From the NCBI GenBank assembly GCA_019455045.1, contig JACFND010000001.1, positions 22,023 to 86,022 of the forward strand: a stretch of 64,000 nt of DNA, written 5' to 3'. Position numbers and translations under genes: made by a program. The first letter of the stretch is position 1. Each line of letters begins with the position of its first letter. Positions 38,143 through 47,599 of the stretch are shown here, one piece after another. Below the pieces are notes generated by a model. It did no database searches, was not told the origin of the DNA, and saw only the letters and a program-made list of their open reading frames with translations. The stretch is from Flavobacteriia bacterium. GTDB lineage: Bacteria; Bacteroidota; Bacteroidia; Flavobacteriales; Weeksellaceae.

Positions 38143-40036
38143 ATACCTGAGTTACAAACTCAGAAAAAATCTTAAGGATGAAGTGCCCAGATGGATCGTG
38201 CTTGCGATCGATCTGTACATTTCGGTCAATACCTTTGTATTTACTTTTCTGCTTTTGAAATTTATGAAGATCGGTCCGCAGACCAAATTGCACGAAGTGG
38301 TGATTTATCAGGTACCCATCGTGCTGATTTGTTCGCTCACCGCTTTTTTGGCAACCTCATCCTACAAAGGTGTCATTCGTCACACCGGATTCAGAGATGT
38401 AATCAATGTGCTCATCACCAATCTGGTATATCTTGCACTGATCAGTCTGTTTTACTGGCTGATTCTTTATTCTTCACTGAAACCGCAGTTTATCATCGGC
38501 AAAAGCGTTATACTGGTTCATTTCCTTTTCAATATGCTTGTGATGATTTTCCTTCGGATATTGTACAAAGGAATTTATGAAAATTACATCGGCGGCGGAA
38601 AACCCAGAAGAAGAGTGATGATATACGGCGCCGGAGATTCGGGTGTGATTACATACAAAGTATTGAACAAAGAAGACCGAAACCGGACTGCTGTTTTTGG
38701 ATTCATTGACGACAATACAAAAAAGAGAAAAAAGAAGATCGATGGACTGAAAATCTACAATCCCGACCGGGTGGATGCCGATTTTCTCAAAAGAAACGGA
38801 ATTTCGGAAATCATTATATCGATTCAAAATCTGAATTCGTACGAACTCAACCGAATAACAGACCGGTTTTCTGAGGCTTCCGTCGAACTGAAAAAAGTTC
38901 CCGCAGTCAGAAAATGGCTGAACGGAGACCTGTCGCTCAGACAGATCAAATCGGTCAATATCGACGACTTTCTGGGCAGAGAACCGATCAATCTGGACAG
39001 TAAAGAGATCTTTAACGAAGTCCGCGGCAAAAAAATACTGGTTACCGGTGCTGCCGGATCGATCGGAAGTGAAATATCAAGACAGCTGATGGCCTGTCCG
39101 GTCGAACAGCTCGTATTGCTAGATCAGGCGGAATCTGCGCTTTATGATCTGCAGCAGTCCACACTGAATCTGTGCAGTAAAAACCGCTGTGTCTTTATCA
39201 TCGGCGATGTTAGAAATCAGCCGAAGATGGACAAAGTCTTTAAGAATTTCAAACCCGATATCGTCTTTCATGCAGCCGCTTACAAACATGTTCCGCTGAT
39301 GGAAGAAAATCCTTATGAAGCGATTTCCACAAATGTTAAAGGAACCAAGATCGTTTCTGATCTTTCATGCAAATATGAAGTTGAGAAATTTGTGATGATC
39401 TCAACCGACAAAGCTGTAAATCCGACCAGCGTGATGGGTGTAACCAAAAGGATTGCAGAGCTTTATGTCACCCATTTGAATTCATCCGAAAAATCAAGAT
39501 TTATCGTCACCCGTTTTGGAAATGTACTCGGTTCAAACGGTTCGGTCATTCCGGTTTTTAAAAGACAGATTGAGGAAGGCGGTCCGCTGACGGTGACTTC
39601 GACCGAAATCAGCCGGTTCTTTATGACCATACCCGAAGCCTGTCAGTTGGTGCTTGAAGCAGCTGCCATCGGTTCGGGCGGTGAAGTGTTTGTATTTGAT
39701 ATGGGACAGCCGGTCAAAATTTTTGATTTGGCAAAAAAGATGATCAGACTGAGCGGTTTCAGATATCCCGAAGACATTCAGATCAGCATTACAGGTCTTC
39801 GGCCGGGCGAAAAACTGCATGAAGAACTGCTGACTTCAAACGAAAAATGTCTCAAGACACATCATCCGAAAATTATGGTGGCAATCGTCGAAAGAAAGGA
39901 TGACAGCCTGATTGAGAAGATCAACCGGCTTGCTTCGGTTGAAATGGATCGTGACGATTTCAAACGTGAAAAGGAAATTATGATTTCAAAACTGGTAGAA
40001 ATCGTTCCCGAATTCCACACAAAAACAGATTTTTAA
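38123..40036 (+). CDS. CapD/PglF-family nucleotide-sugar 4,6-dehydratase (membrane-anchored)
   Basis: 4 TM helices, GAGDSG, VTGAAGSIGSE, FHAAAYKHVP, STDKAVNP, RFGNVLGSNGSV, RPGEKLHEEL. Confidence 0.93.
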   Translation: MKKLSVKYLSYKLRKNLKDEVPRWIVLAIDLYISVNTFVFTFLLLKFMKIGPQTKLHEVVIYQVPIVLICSLTAFLATSSYKGVIRHTGFRDVINVLITNLVYLALISLFYWLILYSSLKPQFIIGKSVILVHFLFNMLVMIFLRILYKGIYENYIGGGKPRRRVMIYGAGDSGVITYKVLNKEDRNRTAVFGFIDDNTKKRKKKIDGLKIYNPDRVDADFLKRNGISEIIISIQNLNSYELNRITDRFSEASVELKKVPAVRKWLNGDLSLRQIKSVNIDDFLGREPINLDSKEIFNEVRGKKILVTGAAGSIGSEISRQLMACPVEQLVLLDQAESALYDLQQSTLNLCSKNRCVFIIGDVRNQPKMDKVFKNFKPDIVFHAAAYKHVPLMEENPYEAISTNVKGTKIVSDLSCKYEVEKFVMISTDKAVNPTSVMGVTKRIAELYVTHLNSSEKSRFIVTRFGNVLGSNGSVIPVFKRQIEEGGPLTVTSTEISRFFMTIPEACQLVLEAAAIGSGGEVFVFDMGQPVKIFDLAKKMIRLSGFRYPEDIQISITGLRPGEKLHEELLTSNEKCLKTHHPKIMVAIVERKDDSLIEKINRLASVEMDRDDFKREKEIMISKLVEIVPEFHTKTDF

Positions 40037-40081
40037 CGGATTGATTACAACATCAGATTGCATGCACAATAATTTAAATTT

Positions 40082-40089
40082 TATATTTG
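40082..40089 (+). promoter_or_regulatory. -7 box (TATATTTG) upstream of wza
   Basis: TAnnTTTG 20 nt upstream of ATG 40110. Confidence 0.55.
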
Positions 40090-40109
40090 CAGAATCAGCT
40101 GAAAATAAA

Positions 40110-40865
40110 ATGAGGACTCATTCTTTCTTTTTAAGATTCAAAATCGGATTTCTTTTGTGCTTTCTGTTATTGACTGTATCCTGCGTGCCAAGGGAAAGGA
40201 TAGTATATTTTCAGGGAAATCCCGAGTCTGTACAGCAAATGGCAGAAAAATATTCTGCAGTCATCCAACCCGATGATTTGCTGGACATCACCGTCTTTGC
40301 AAGAAATACCGAGGCCACAAGGATTTTTAACCAGGAAAGCAGCAAGTCCGGCGACAGAACCTATCTGGTGGATGAGGACGGCTACATAGAATATCCGGTA
40401 CTCGGAAGAATCAAACTGGCCGGCCTGACCCGTAACGAAGCGATTCAGTATCTGAAAGGAATGCTGAGTGCAGAAATCATCGATCCTGGTGTTTCTATCA
40501 AAATCACAAATTATAAAATTACAATTCTTGGAGAGGTCGGCAGTCCGGGTTCCTATACACTTGAAAATGAAAAAGTGACACTGATCGATGCGCTTGGTAT
40601 GGCGGGCGATCTGACCATCAACGGAGTCAGGGACAATGTGCTCGTGATCCGGGAAGAAGGCGATCAGCGAAATTTTTACAGAGTCGATCTGACGTCGAAC
40701 GAAATTTTTAATTCCCCCGTTTTTTATCTGACCCAAAACGATGTGATCTATGTGGAACCCGACAAAAATAAAATCAATTCCACATCAACCACCGTCAGAG
40801 ACGTAAGTTTCCTGATGTCAGTGGCCAGTTTTATGATTACCATAATTACATTGCTCACCCGTTAA
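40110..40865 (+). CDS. wza: Wza-like polysaccharide export lipoprotein
   Basis: Lipobox TVSC, IQPDDLL, YLVDEDGYIEYPVLG, SLBB-type GEVGSPG...LIDALGMAGDL. Confidence 0.9.
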   Translation: MRTHSFFLRFKIGFLLCFLLLTVSCVPRERIVYFQGNPESVQQMAEKYSAVIQPDDLLDITVFARNTEATRIFNQESSKSGDRTYLVDEDGYIEYPVLGRIKLAGLTRNEAIQYLKGMLSAEIIDPGVSIKITNYKITILGEVGSPGSYTLENEKVTLIDALGMAGDLTINGVRDNVLVIREEGDQRNFYRVDLTSNEIFNSPVFYLTQNDVIYVEPDKNKINSTSTTVRDVSFLMSVASFMITIITLLTR

Positions 40866-40874
40866 AATGCTGAA

Positions 40875-43322
40875 ATGGATTACAAGGAGTTGGATGAATC
40901 ACTGGAAGTAGAAATCGAGAACAGTTCGCAGACGTTCAGAATCATTTGGGAACAGCTGCTCAGGAACTGGTATTGGTTTGCAGTGGGATTGGGAATCGCT
41001 TGGACACTTACCTATTTTCAGCTCAGATATGCCGAAAGATTCTACAATTCAGAAGCCAGAATCCTGATCAAAGAAGATGTCAACCAGACCGGATCCGAAT
41101 TGAGCGTGCTCGCCGGAAGAAGTCTCGGAAGACTGGATGTAAAACCGAATATTGCGGATCAGATCGAGGTTTTGAGCTCAAGACGACTGATTACCAAAGT
41201 GGTCGGAAAACTTCAGCTCAACGTCAGATATTTTGTGGAAGGAAGGGTAAAACGTCAGGAAGTGTATTCTGAAGTTTCGCCCATTCAGGTGAGGGTGCTG
41301 AATGAAGATCCGGCCGCTATCAGTTTTGAAGCACGCATATCTGCATCAAAAATTGAAATCATCAGAGGCGACAGAGTTATCAATACTGCTTTTGGAAAAT
41401 CTTTTGAACTCGGCGGAAACGAACTGATGATACTGCCCCACAAAAACAAAGATGTAAAAGGCGAAACCAATATTCAGATTTCAATTTCATCCATAGAATC
41501 TGCCACCAACAGCTACAAAGGAAAAATTAAAATCAAACCCGCGGAAGGAAGTTCTGTGGTCAGTCTGACCATGGTGGACAACATTCCCGACCGCGCAAGA
41601 AGATTTATTGACGAACTCGTTGACCAGTACAACAGCGATGCGATCAATGACAAAAAACTGGTCGGCGAAAAAACCACCCGATTCATCGAGGAAAGACTTG
41701 CAAAAGTTTCCGAAGATCTGCAGTCCAGAGACCGTGATGTGGAAGTTTTTAAAAAAGACAATCATGTGGTCGATCTGGCGGCTCAGGGAAGTTCAAGCAT
41801 GGGACAGGCAACCGGAAATTATTCACAGATGGTCGAACAGTCCAATCAGCTGAGTCTGATCAATTTTATGGAAGATTATCTGAAAACCAATAAAAATGAT
41901 CTGATTCCGACCAATATTGGTCTGAACGACGGTTCGGTTTCTTCTTCCGCACAGAAATACAACGAGCTGATGCTGGCAAAAATGGATATGCTGAAATATT
42001 CTACCGAAACCAGTCAGATCGTTAGAAATCTTGACGAGCAGATACTTGAAGTCGAAACCAATCTGCACAACAGTCTGGCGAATTACAAAAAAACGGTTCA
42101 GATCACTTTGGGCAGAATCCAAAAAGAAGGCGGCATCATCGATTCAAAAATTGCAAAATTTCCAACCCAGGAAATGCAGTTCAAAGATATTTCAAGACAA
42201 CAGCAGATCGTTGAAGCGCTTTATCTTTTCCTGCTTCAAAAACGAGAGGAAAACGAAATTACAAACTCGGCAACACCGTCAGCCATCAAAGTGGTGGATT
42301 ATGCCTACAGCAACCGTTCGCCGATTTCGCCAGACAGCAAAAGAGCCTACATAACCGCAACCGCATTTGGTTTTCTGATTCCGTTCGGAATTCTGTATGT
42401 GCTTTATTTGTTGAACAACAAGGTGAAGGGCAGAAAAGATGTTGAGAAAACCGGTGTGTCGATCATCGGCGAAGTTCCGGCCTCAAAATCGGGCGGACAG
42501 ATCATCGACAAAAGCGATCGCAGTCTTTTGGCGGAATCATTCAGAATTCTCAGAACCAACATCGGTTATTATTTGTCCGGCAAAAAGAATCAGTCAAAAA
42601 GCATATTTGTGACTTCAACCATCAGTGGTGAAGGAAAAACATTTATCGCCAGTAATCTGGCGGTGACACTGGCTGCTTCGGGAAAATTCAAAGTTTTGCT
42701 TATCGGTGCCGACATTCGAAATCCGAAGATTCTCAAATATTTTGAGATGAATAAATTCCGAAAACACATCGGTGTTACCCAATATCTGTCAGATACTGAT
42801 GTAAAACTTCAGGATCTGGTGCTTCGCGACGAAGAAAGAGGTCTGGACATCATCCACTCGGGTGTGTTGGCACCCAATCCGTCTGAACTGCTGATGAACA
42901 ACCGTTTCAAAGAAATGATGGACGAAGCTCTCGATCAGTATGATTATGTTGTAGTCGATACCGCGCCGGTCAATCTGGTAACCGATACACAGCTGATTGC
43001 GAATTATGCCGATCTGTTTCTGTATGTGGTCAGAATCGACTTTTCGGACAAACGTCTGCTCGAAATTCCGAGAGATCTCTATCGCGCAAAACGTCTGCCC
43101 AATATGGCGATGATTCTGAACGATGTCGGTGCAGGCCGCGGATTTGGCTATGGTTACGGCTATGGCTACGGTTACGGATATGGTTACGGCTACGGTTACG
43201 GTCAGGGTTATTATCACGAAAAAGATCAAAAAATCTGGGATCGTTTTCTGCCGTCCAATCTGCTCAACCGCAAATACAGATGGAAAAAAGGTGAATCTGA
43301 TTCAGATTCGGATATCGAATAA
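40875..43322 (+). CDS. wzc: Wzc-like BY-kinase/chain-length regulator
   Basis: Two TM helices, periplasmic coiled coil, AESFRILRTN, SGEGKT Walker A, DIRNP, VVDTAP, C-terminal Tyr cluster. Confidence 0.93.
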   Translation: MDYKELDESLEVEIENSSQTFRIIWEQLLRNWYWFAVGLGIAWTLTYFQLRYAERFYNSEARILIKEDVNQTGSELSVLAGRSLGRLDVKPNIADQIEVLSSRRLITKVVGKLQLNVRYFVEGRVKRQEVYSEVSPIQVRVLNEDPAAISFEARISASKIEIIRGDRVINTAFGKSFELGGNELMILPHKNKDVKGETNIQISISSIESATNSYKGKIKIKPAEGSSVVSLTMVDNIPDRARRFIDELVDQYNSDAINDKKLVGEKTTRFIEERLAKVSEDLQSRDRDVEVFKKDNHVVDLAAQGSSSMGQATGNYSQMVEQSNQLSLINFMEDYLKTNKNDLIPTNIGLNDGSVSSSAQKYNELMLAKMDMLKYSTETSQIVRNLDEQILEVETNLHNSLANYKKTVQITLGRIQKEGGIIDSKIAKFPTQEMQFKDISRQQQIVEALYLFLLQKREENEITNSATPSAIKVVDYAYSNRSPISPDSKRAYITATAFGFLIPFGILYVLYLLNNKVKGRKDVEKTGVSIIGEVPASKSGGQIIDKSDRSLLAESFRILRTNIGYYLSGKKNQSKSIFVTSTISGEGKTFIASNLAVTLAASGKFKVLLIGADIRNPKILKYFEMNKFRKHIGVTQYLSDTDVKLQDLVLRDEERGLDIIHSGVLAPNPSELLMNNRFKEMMDEALDQYDYVVVDTAPVNLVTDTQLIANYADLFLYVVRIDFSDKRLLEIPRDLYRAKRLPNMAMILNDVGAGRGFGYGYGYGYGYGYGYGYGYGQGYYHEKDQKIWDRFLPSNLLNRKYRWKKGESDSDSDIE
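43146..43199 (+). repeat. (Gly-Tyr)9 coding repeat in the Wzc tyrosine cluster
   Basis: GGN TAY x9 with mixed synonymous codons. Confidence 0.95.
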
Positions 43323-43326
43323 ATCA

Positions 43327-44541
43327 TTACAGGATTTCTGCAACCACATAAGTGCTTCCGCCGATATAGATCAAATCGTCTTCTGCTGAATTTGATTTTG
43401 CAGCATCAAAAGCTTCTTTAACGCTTTTGTAATAATTTGAATTTAAATTTTTCGGAATAATTTTTTGAAGTTCTTCGATTTTAAATTTCCTGCTCACATT
43501 CGGCTGACAGAAATAATAAATTGCATCTTTTGGAAAAAATTTCAGAATTGTTTTCACATCCTTGTCGCTCACAAAACCGAGCACCAGATGAAGTTTTTTG
43601 TAATTGACCGATTTCAGCTGTTTTTTTATTTCGGCCAAACCATGCGGATTGTGCGCAGTATCTGCAACCGTTAGCGGTTTTTGATTCAGGATTTCCCATC
43701 TTCCTCTCAAACCGGTATTTGAAACCACATTCATCAAACCTTTTTTAACTGAATCTTCAGAAATTTCAAAACCCGATTTTCTTAACTGATCGACCGCAGC
43801 CAAAACCGTCCTTTTGTTTTTTGACTGATAAATTCCTTTCAGATCCGATTCGTATTCGGGATAATTTAATTTCTCTGCAAAAATCAGTTCCGAATGGGTT
43901 TCTTTTGATTTTTTAATAAACACAGGACGGGTCTCATCGGTCGTTTCACCAATCACTGCCGGAATTCCTTTCTTAATGATTCCTGCTTTTTCAAATGCAA
44001 TTTTTGCCAAAGTATCGCCAAGAATCGCTGTATGATCCAAACCGATATTTGTAATCACAGACAGCACCGGCCGGATGATATTGGTTGAATCCAGTCTTCC
44101 GCCCAAACCGGTTTCAATCACCGCCACATCAACTTTCGAACGGCTGAAATTTTCAAAAGCCATTGCAGTCGTCACCTCAAAAAATGATGCATTCAAAGAT
44201 TTGATAAATTCAAAATTCAGATTTACAAAATCAGTCACAAATTCCTCACTGCACAGCTGACCGTTCACCCGAATCCTTTCTCTGAAATCCTTGAGATGCG
44301 GCGAAGTATAAAGTCCGGTTTTGTATCCGGCCTGCTGAAGAATCGACGCAATCATGTGACAGCTGCTGCCTTTTCCGTTGGTGCCCGCAACATGAATGGT
44401 TTTGTAATTTTCCTGCGGATTGCCGAGTCTGTTGCACAATTCGGTGATATTGCCGATATCCGCCCGATATGCAGAACTGCCCGAATGCTGAAAGACAGGC
44501 AGCTGTACAAAAAGCCATTCCACCGCTTCTTTATAATTCAT
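43327..44541 (-). CDS. folC: Bifunctional dihydrofolate/folylpolyglutamate synthase (start moved to 44541)
   Basis: HVAGTNGKGS, YTSPHL, ETGLGGRLDSTN, DTAHN, GGSTY. Confidence 0.96.
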   Translation of the reverse strand: MNYKEAVEWLFVQLPVFQHSGSSAYRADIGNITELCNRLGNPQENYKTIHVAGTNGKGSSCHMIASILQQAGYKTGLYTSPHLKDFRERIRVNGQLCSEEFVTDFVNLNFEFIKSLNASFFEVTTAMAFENFSRSKVDVAVIETGLGGRLDSTNIIRPVLSVITNIGLDHTAILGDTLAKIAFEKAGIIKKGIPAVIGETTDETRPVFIKKSKETHSELIFAEKLNYPEYESDLKGIYQSKNKRTVLAAVDQLRKSGFEISEDSVKKGLMNVVSNTGLRGRWEILNQKPLTVADTAHNPHGLAEIKKQLKSVNYKKLHLVLGFVSDKDVKTILKFFPKDAIYYFCQPNVSRKFKIEELQKIIPKNLNSNYYKSVKEAFDAAKSNSAEDDLIYIGGSTYVVAEIL

Positions 44542-44565
44542 TTCAGAAGAAAAATTTTGAAGAAT

Positions 44566-44573
44566 CAAAGTTA
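44566..44573 (-). promoter_or_regulatory. -7 box (TAACTTTG) of folC
   Basis: TAnnTTTG 24 nt upstream of ATG 44541. Confidence 0.6.
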
Positions 44574-44608
44574 TACAAAATCAAAGGCGGATAACGAATA
44601 TGTTTTTT

Positions 44609-44616
44609 TAATTTTG
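44609..44616 (+). promoter_or_regulatory. -7 box (TAATTTTG) of the amidohydrolase
   Basis: TAnnTTTG 19 nt upstream of ATG 44636. Confidence 0.55.
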
Positions 44617-44635
44617 AAAATTCAATCTTCAAAAA

Positions 44636-46264
44636 ATGAAAAAAATACTGTTCATCCTTTCAACTTTTCTGATTCTTTCGTGTTCAACCAAAAAATCAGT
44701 CGATCTGCTCGTTAAAAATGCAGTGGTTTATACGGTTGACAAAAATTTTGACACCGCCACAGCTTTTGTGGTCAGTGGCGGAAAAATCGTTGAAGTCGGA
44801 AATTCGGAAGAACTCGAATCAAAATACAAACCCAAAGAGATTTATGATGCTGAAGGCAAAACCATCGTTCCCGGACTGATCGATGCACATGCCCATCTGT
44901 ACGGTCTCGGACTTTATATGCAGGCGGTCGATCTGACAGGAACCAAAAGCGCTGATGAAGTAATCGATCGTGTGGTTGAATTTCAAAAAGAACATCAGCT
45001 GGATTATATTCAGGGAAGAGGCTGGGATCAGAACGATTGGGAAGACAAGGAATTTCCGACCAATGAAAGACTGAACGAATTGTTTCCCGATACGCCGGTT
45101 GCGCTCAGAAGAGTGGACGGACATGCGCTTTTTGTGAATACAAAAGCCTTGGAACTCGCCGGAATTACAAAAGACTCAAAAATTCCGGGCGGAGAAATCA
45201 TTTTGAAAAACGGCGAACCGACCGGTGTACTGATCGACAATGCGATGGAGCCGGTCAATGCAACCATTCCCGCACCGACCAAAGAATTTTCGACCAATGC
45301 GCTTCTTGATGCCGAAAAAGTTGCACTCTCTTTCGGACTGACCACTGTTGACGATGCCGGACTCGATCCCGAAATCATCGATCTGATCGACGATCTGCAG
45401 CGCGAAGGAAAAATGAAACTCAGGATTTATGCGATGGTGAGCAATACACCCGCAAATCTTGAATATTATCTCAAAAAAGGAATTTATAAAACCGACCGAC
45501 TGGATGTTCGTTCGTTCAAAGTTTATGTGGATGGTGCACTTGGTTCGAGAGGCGCCGCACTCAGAAAAGAATACAGCGATCGTCACGGTCATTTCGGAAT
45601 CATGATTACGCCTTCCGACAGTCTTGAAACTTTGGCTGCAATGATTGCAAAATCCGGTTTTCAGATGAACAGCCATGCGATTGGAGATTCTGCGACCATT
45701 TCGGTTTTGAGAGATTACAAAAAAGCACTTGAAGGACAAAACGACCGTCGTTGGCGGGTTGAACACGCACAGATTATTTCGCCGGAAGGTTTTGATTATT
45801 TTTCACACAACATACTTCCGTCGGTTCAGCCGACCCATGCAACCAGCGATATGTATTGGGCAGAAGACCGTTTGGGTGCAGACCGAATGAAAGGCGCTTA
45901 TGCATACAAAACATTGCTTGACAAAACAGGAATCATCGCTTTGGGAACTGATTTCCCGGTGGAGCATGTCAGTCCGTTTTATACATTTTATGCAGCGGTT
46001 GTCAGAAAAGATCTGAAGAATTATCCCGAAAACGGTTTTCAGATGAAAGACGCGCTCAGCCGTGAAGAAGCTTTGAGAGGAATGACGATTTGGGCGGCTT
46101 ATGCCAATTTTGAGGAAAATGAAAAAGGAAGCATCGAAGCCGGAAAATATGCTGATTTTACGGTTTTGGACAAAGACATCATGAAAGCAGACGAAAATGA
46201 TTTGCCCAATATCAAAGCGGTTGCCACCTTTATCAATGGTGAAAAAGTTTATGAACTGAAATAA
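44636..46264 (+). CDS. YtcJ-like metal-dependent amidohydrolase, lipoprotein
   Basis: Lipobox ILSC, PGLIDAHAH, HAIGD, RVEHAQ, GTDFP, GSIEAGKYADF. Confidence 0.9.
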   Translation: MKKILFILSTFLILSCSTKKSVDLLVKNAVVYTVDKNFDTATAFVVSGGKIVEVGNSEELESKYKPKEIYDAEGKTIVPGLIDAHAHLYGLGLYMQAVDLTGTKSADEVIDRVVEFQKEHQLDYIQGRGWDQNDWEDKEFPTNERLNELFPDTPVALRRVDGHALFVNTKALELAGITKDSKIPGGEIILKNGEPTGVLIDNAMEPVNATIPAPTKEFSTNALLDAEKVALSFGLTTVDDAGLDPEIIDLIDDLQREGKMKLRIYAMVSNTPANLEYYLKKGIYKTDRLDVRSFKVYVDGALGSRGAALRKEYSDRHGHFGIMITPSDSLETLAAMIAKSGFQMNSHAIGDSATISVLRDYKKALEGQNDRRWRVEHAQIISPEGFDYFSHNILPSVQPTHATSDMYWAEDRLGADRMKGAYAYKTLLDKTGIIALGTDFPVEHVSPFYTFYAAVVRKDLKNYPENGFQMKDALSREEALRGMTIWAAYANFEENEKGSIEAGKYADFTVLDKDIMKADENDLPNIKAVATFINGEKVYELK

Positions 46265-46328
46265 TTTTAATTTTTCTTGAAATTTAAATCACTTTCCGTC
46301 AATGTTTTGGGAATAAATTTTTCAAAAC

Positions 46329-46356
46329 TGTCACATTTTTAATTTCAGTCTCGTCT
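46329..46356 (+). promoter_or_regulatory. Candidate ECF-type promoter (TGTCAC-N17-CGTCT) upstream of the ECF sigma gene
   Basis: Resembles ECF -35/-10 elements, about 20 nt before the GTG start; inference. Confidence 0.4.
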
Positions 46357-46376
46357 TATATACAGAAACATGAATT

Positions 46377-46943
46377 GTGAAAATCATTTCAATCCATAAA
46401 AACCGAAAAACCGAAGAGATGGTCAGACTGCTGATCAAAGGCGACCGGCTGGCTCAGAAGGAGGTGTTTGAAAGATATTCGCCAAAGATGCTGAGTGTCT
46501 GCCGGACTTATACCGGCGATCTGCACAATGCCGAAGACTGTATGATCAGGGCATTTGTAAAGGTTTTTAAAAGCATTTCTTCATACAGTTCCATCGGCAG
46601 TCTGGAAGGCTGGATCAGAAGGATTATGGTGAATGAATGTCTTGATTTTCTGAGAGCAAATAAAAATTTTGTGTTTCTGGATGAAATTGATTTTGTCGAA
46701 GAACCGGAAGATGAACAGCAGGATTTGAGCGGTATTGATGCCGGCGAACTGCTTGACAGTCTGCCCGAAAATTACAGAATGGTATTTAACCTTTTTGTTT
46801 TGGAAGATTATTCGCACAAAGAAATTTCAAAAATTCTCAACATCGATGAAATGACTTCGAGAACACAATTGTCGAGAGCAAAAAAACGATTGAGAGAAAT
46901 CATTGTAGAACGTAAACAGATCAGAGATGAAAACCGGGCTTGA
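46377..46943 (+). CDS. ECF sigma-70 factor
   Basis: AEDCMIRAF, LEGWIRRIMVN region 2; LPENYRMVFNL...SHKEISKIL...SRTQLSRAK region 4. Confidence 0.93.
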   Translation: MKIISIHKNRKTEEMVRLLIKGDRLAQKEVFERYSPKMLSVCRTYTGDLHNAEDCMIRAFVKVFKSISSYSSIGSLEGWIRRIMVNECLDFLRANKNFVFLDEIDFVEEPEDEQQDLSGIDAGELLDSLPENYRMVFNLFVLEDYSHKEISKILNIDEMTSRTQLSRAKKRLREIIVERKQIRDENRA

Positions 46944-47547
46944 CAAAGAAATTAAAAAACAGCTGAATGAAAGAGAGATTCAGCCTTCCGCCGACGCTTG
47001 GCAGAAGCTGGAAGGAATATTGGATGAACAGACCGGCACAAAAAAATCGGGCAGAAAAATATTTCTGATTCTGATTTCGGCAGCTGCGTCGGTACTGCTG
47101 ATTGTAGGTTTGCTGTTGTTTGTAAAATCAGAAAATGAAACACCAAATATTGAATCCAATTTTGTTCAGACAGAAGAACCTTTAAAAGAAGAAATTCAAT
47201 CTGATCAAACCGAAACAATTGAAACTGAAGAACCGGTTTTGGTGAATTCAAATCCTGAAATTAATAATCAAAAAGTTCCAAAAGAGAAGACCATCAAAAT
47301 TCAAAAACCGGAAATTCCACAGGAAGTTGCAATTGAGAAAATTGAAGAACCAAAATTGGAAAAACCAATTGTTGAAGAAGTCAAACCGATGATTGCGCAG
47401 CAGAATGATTCGGTTCAGAAACCCAAAAAGAAAACAGATTATACCGATCCGAACATGCTGCTCTATTCGATTGAACACAATCAGTCGGTCAAACAGGATG
47501 AATCAAATTCAAAACTGGTAATCATCGATTTCAACAAAGAAAAATAA
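46927..47547 (+). CDS. Single-pass membrane protein, probable anti-sigma factor
   Basis: Overlaps the sigma gene; N-terminal REIQPSADAWQKL, one TM helix, charged extracytoplasmic tail. Confidence 0.6.
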   Translation: MKTGLDKEIKKQLNEREIQPSADAWQKLEGILDEQTGTKKSGRKIFLILISAAASVLLIVGLLLFVKSENETPNIESNFVQTEEPLKEEIQSDQTETIETEEPVLVNSNPEINNQKVPKEKTIKIQKPEIPQEVAIEKIEEPKLEKPIVEEVKPMIAQQNDSVQKPKKKTDYTDPNMLLYSIEHNQSVKQDESNSKLVIIDFNKEK

Positions 47548-47599
47548 TCTTCGGGCTGCAGCCGGATCAAATCAAACAAAAATTAAAAACACAAAAGCT

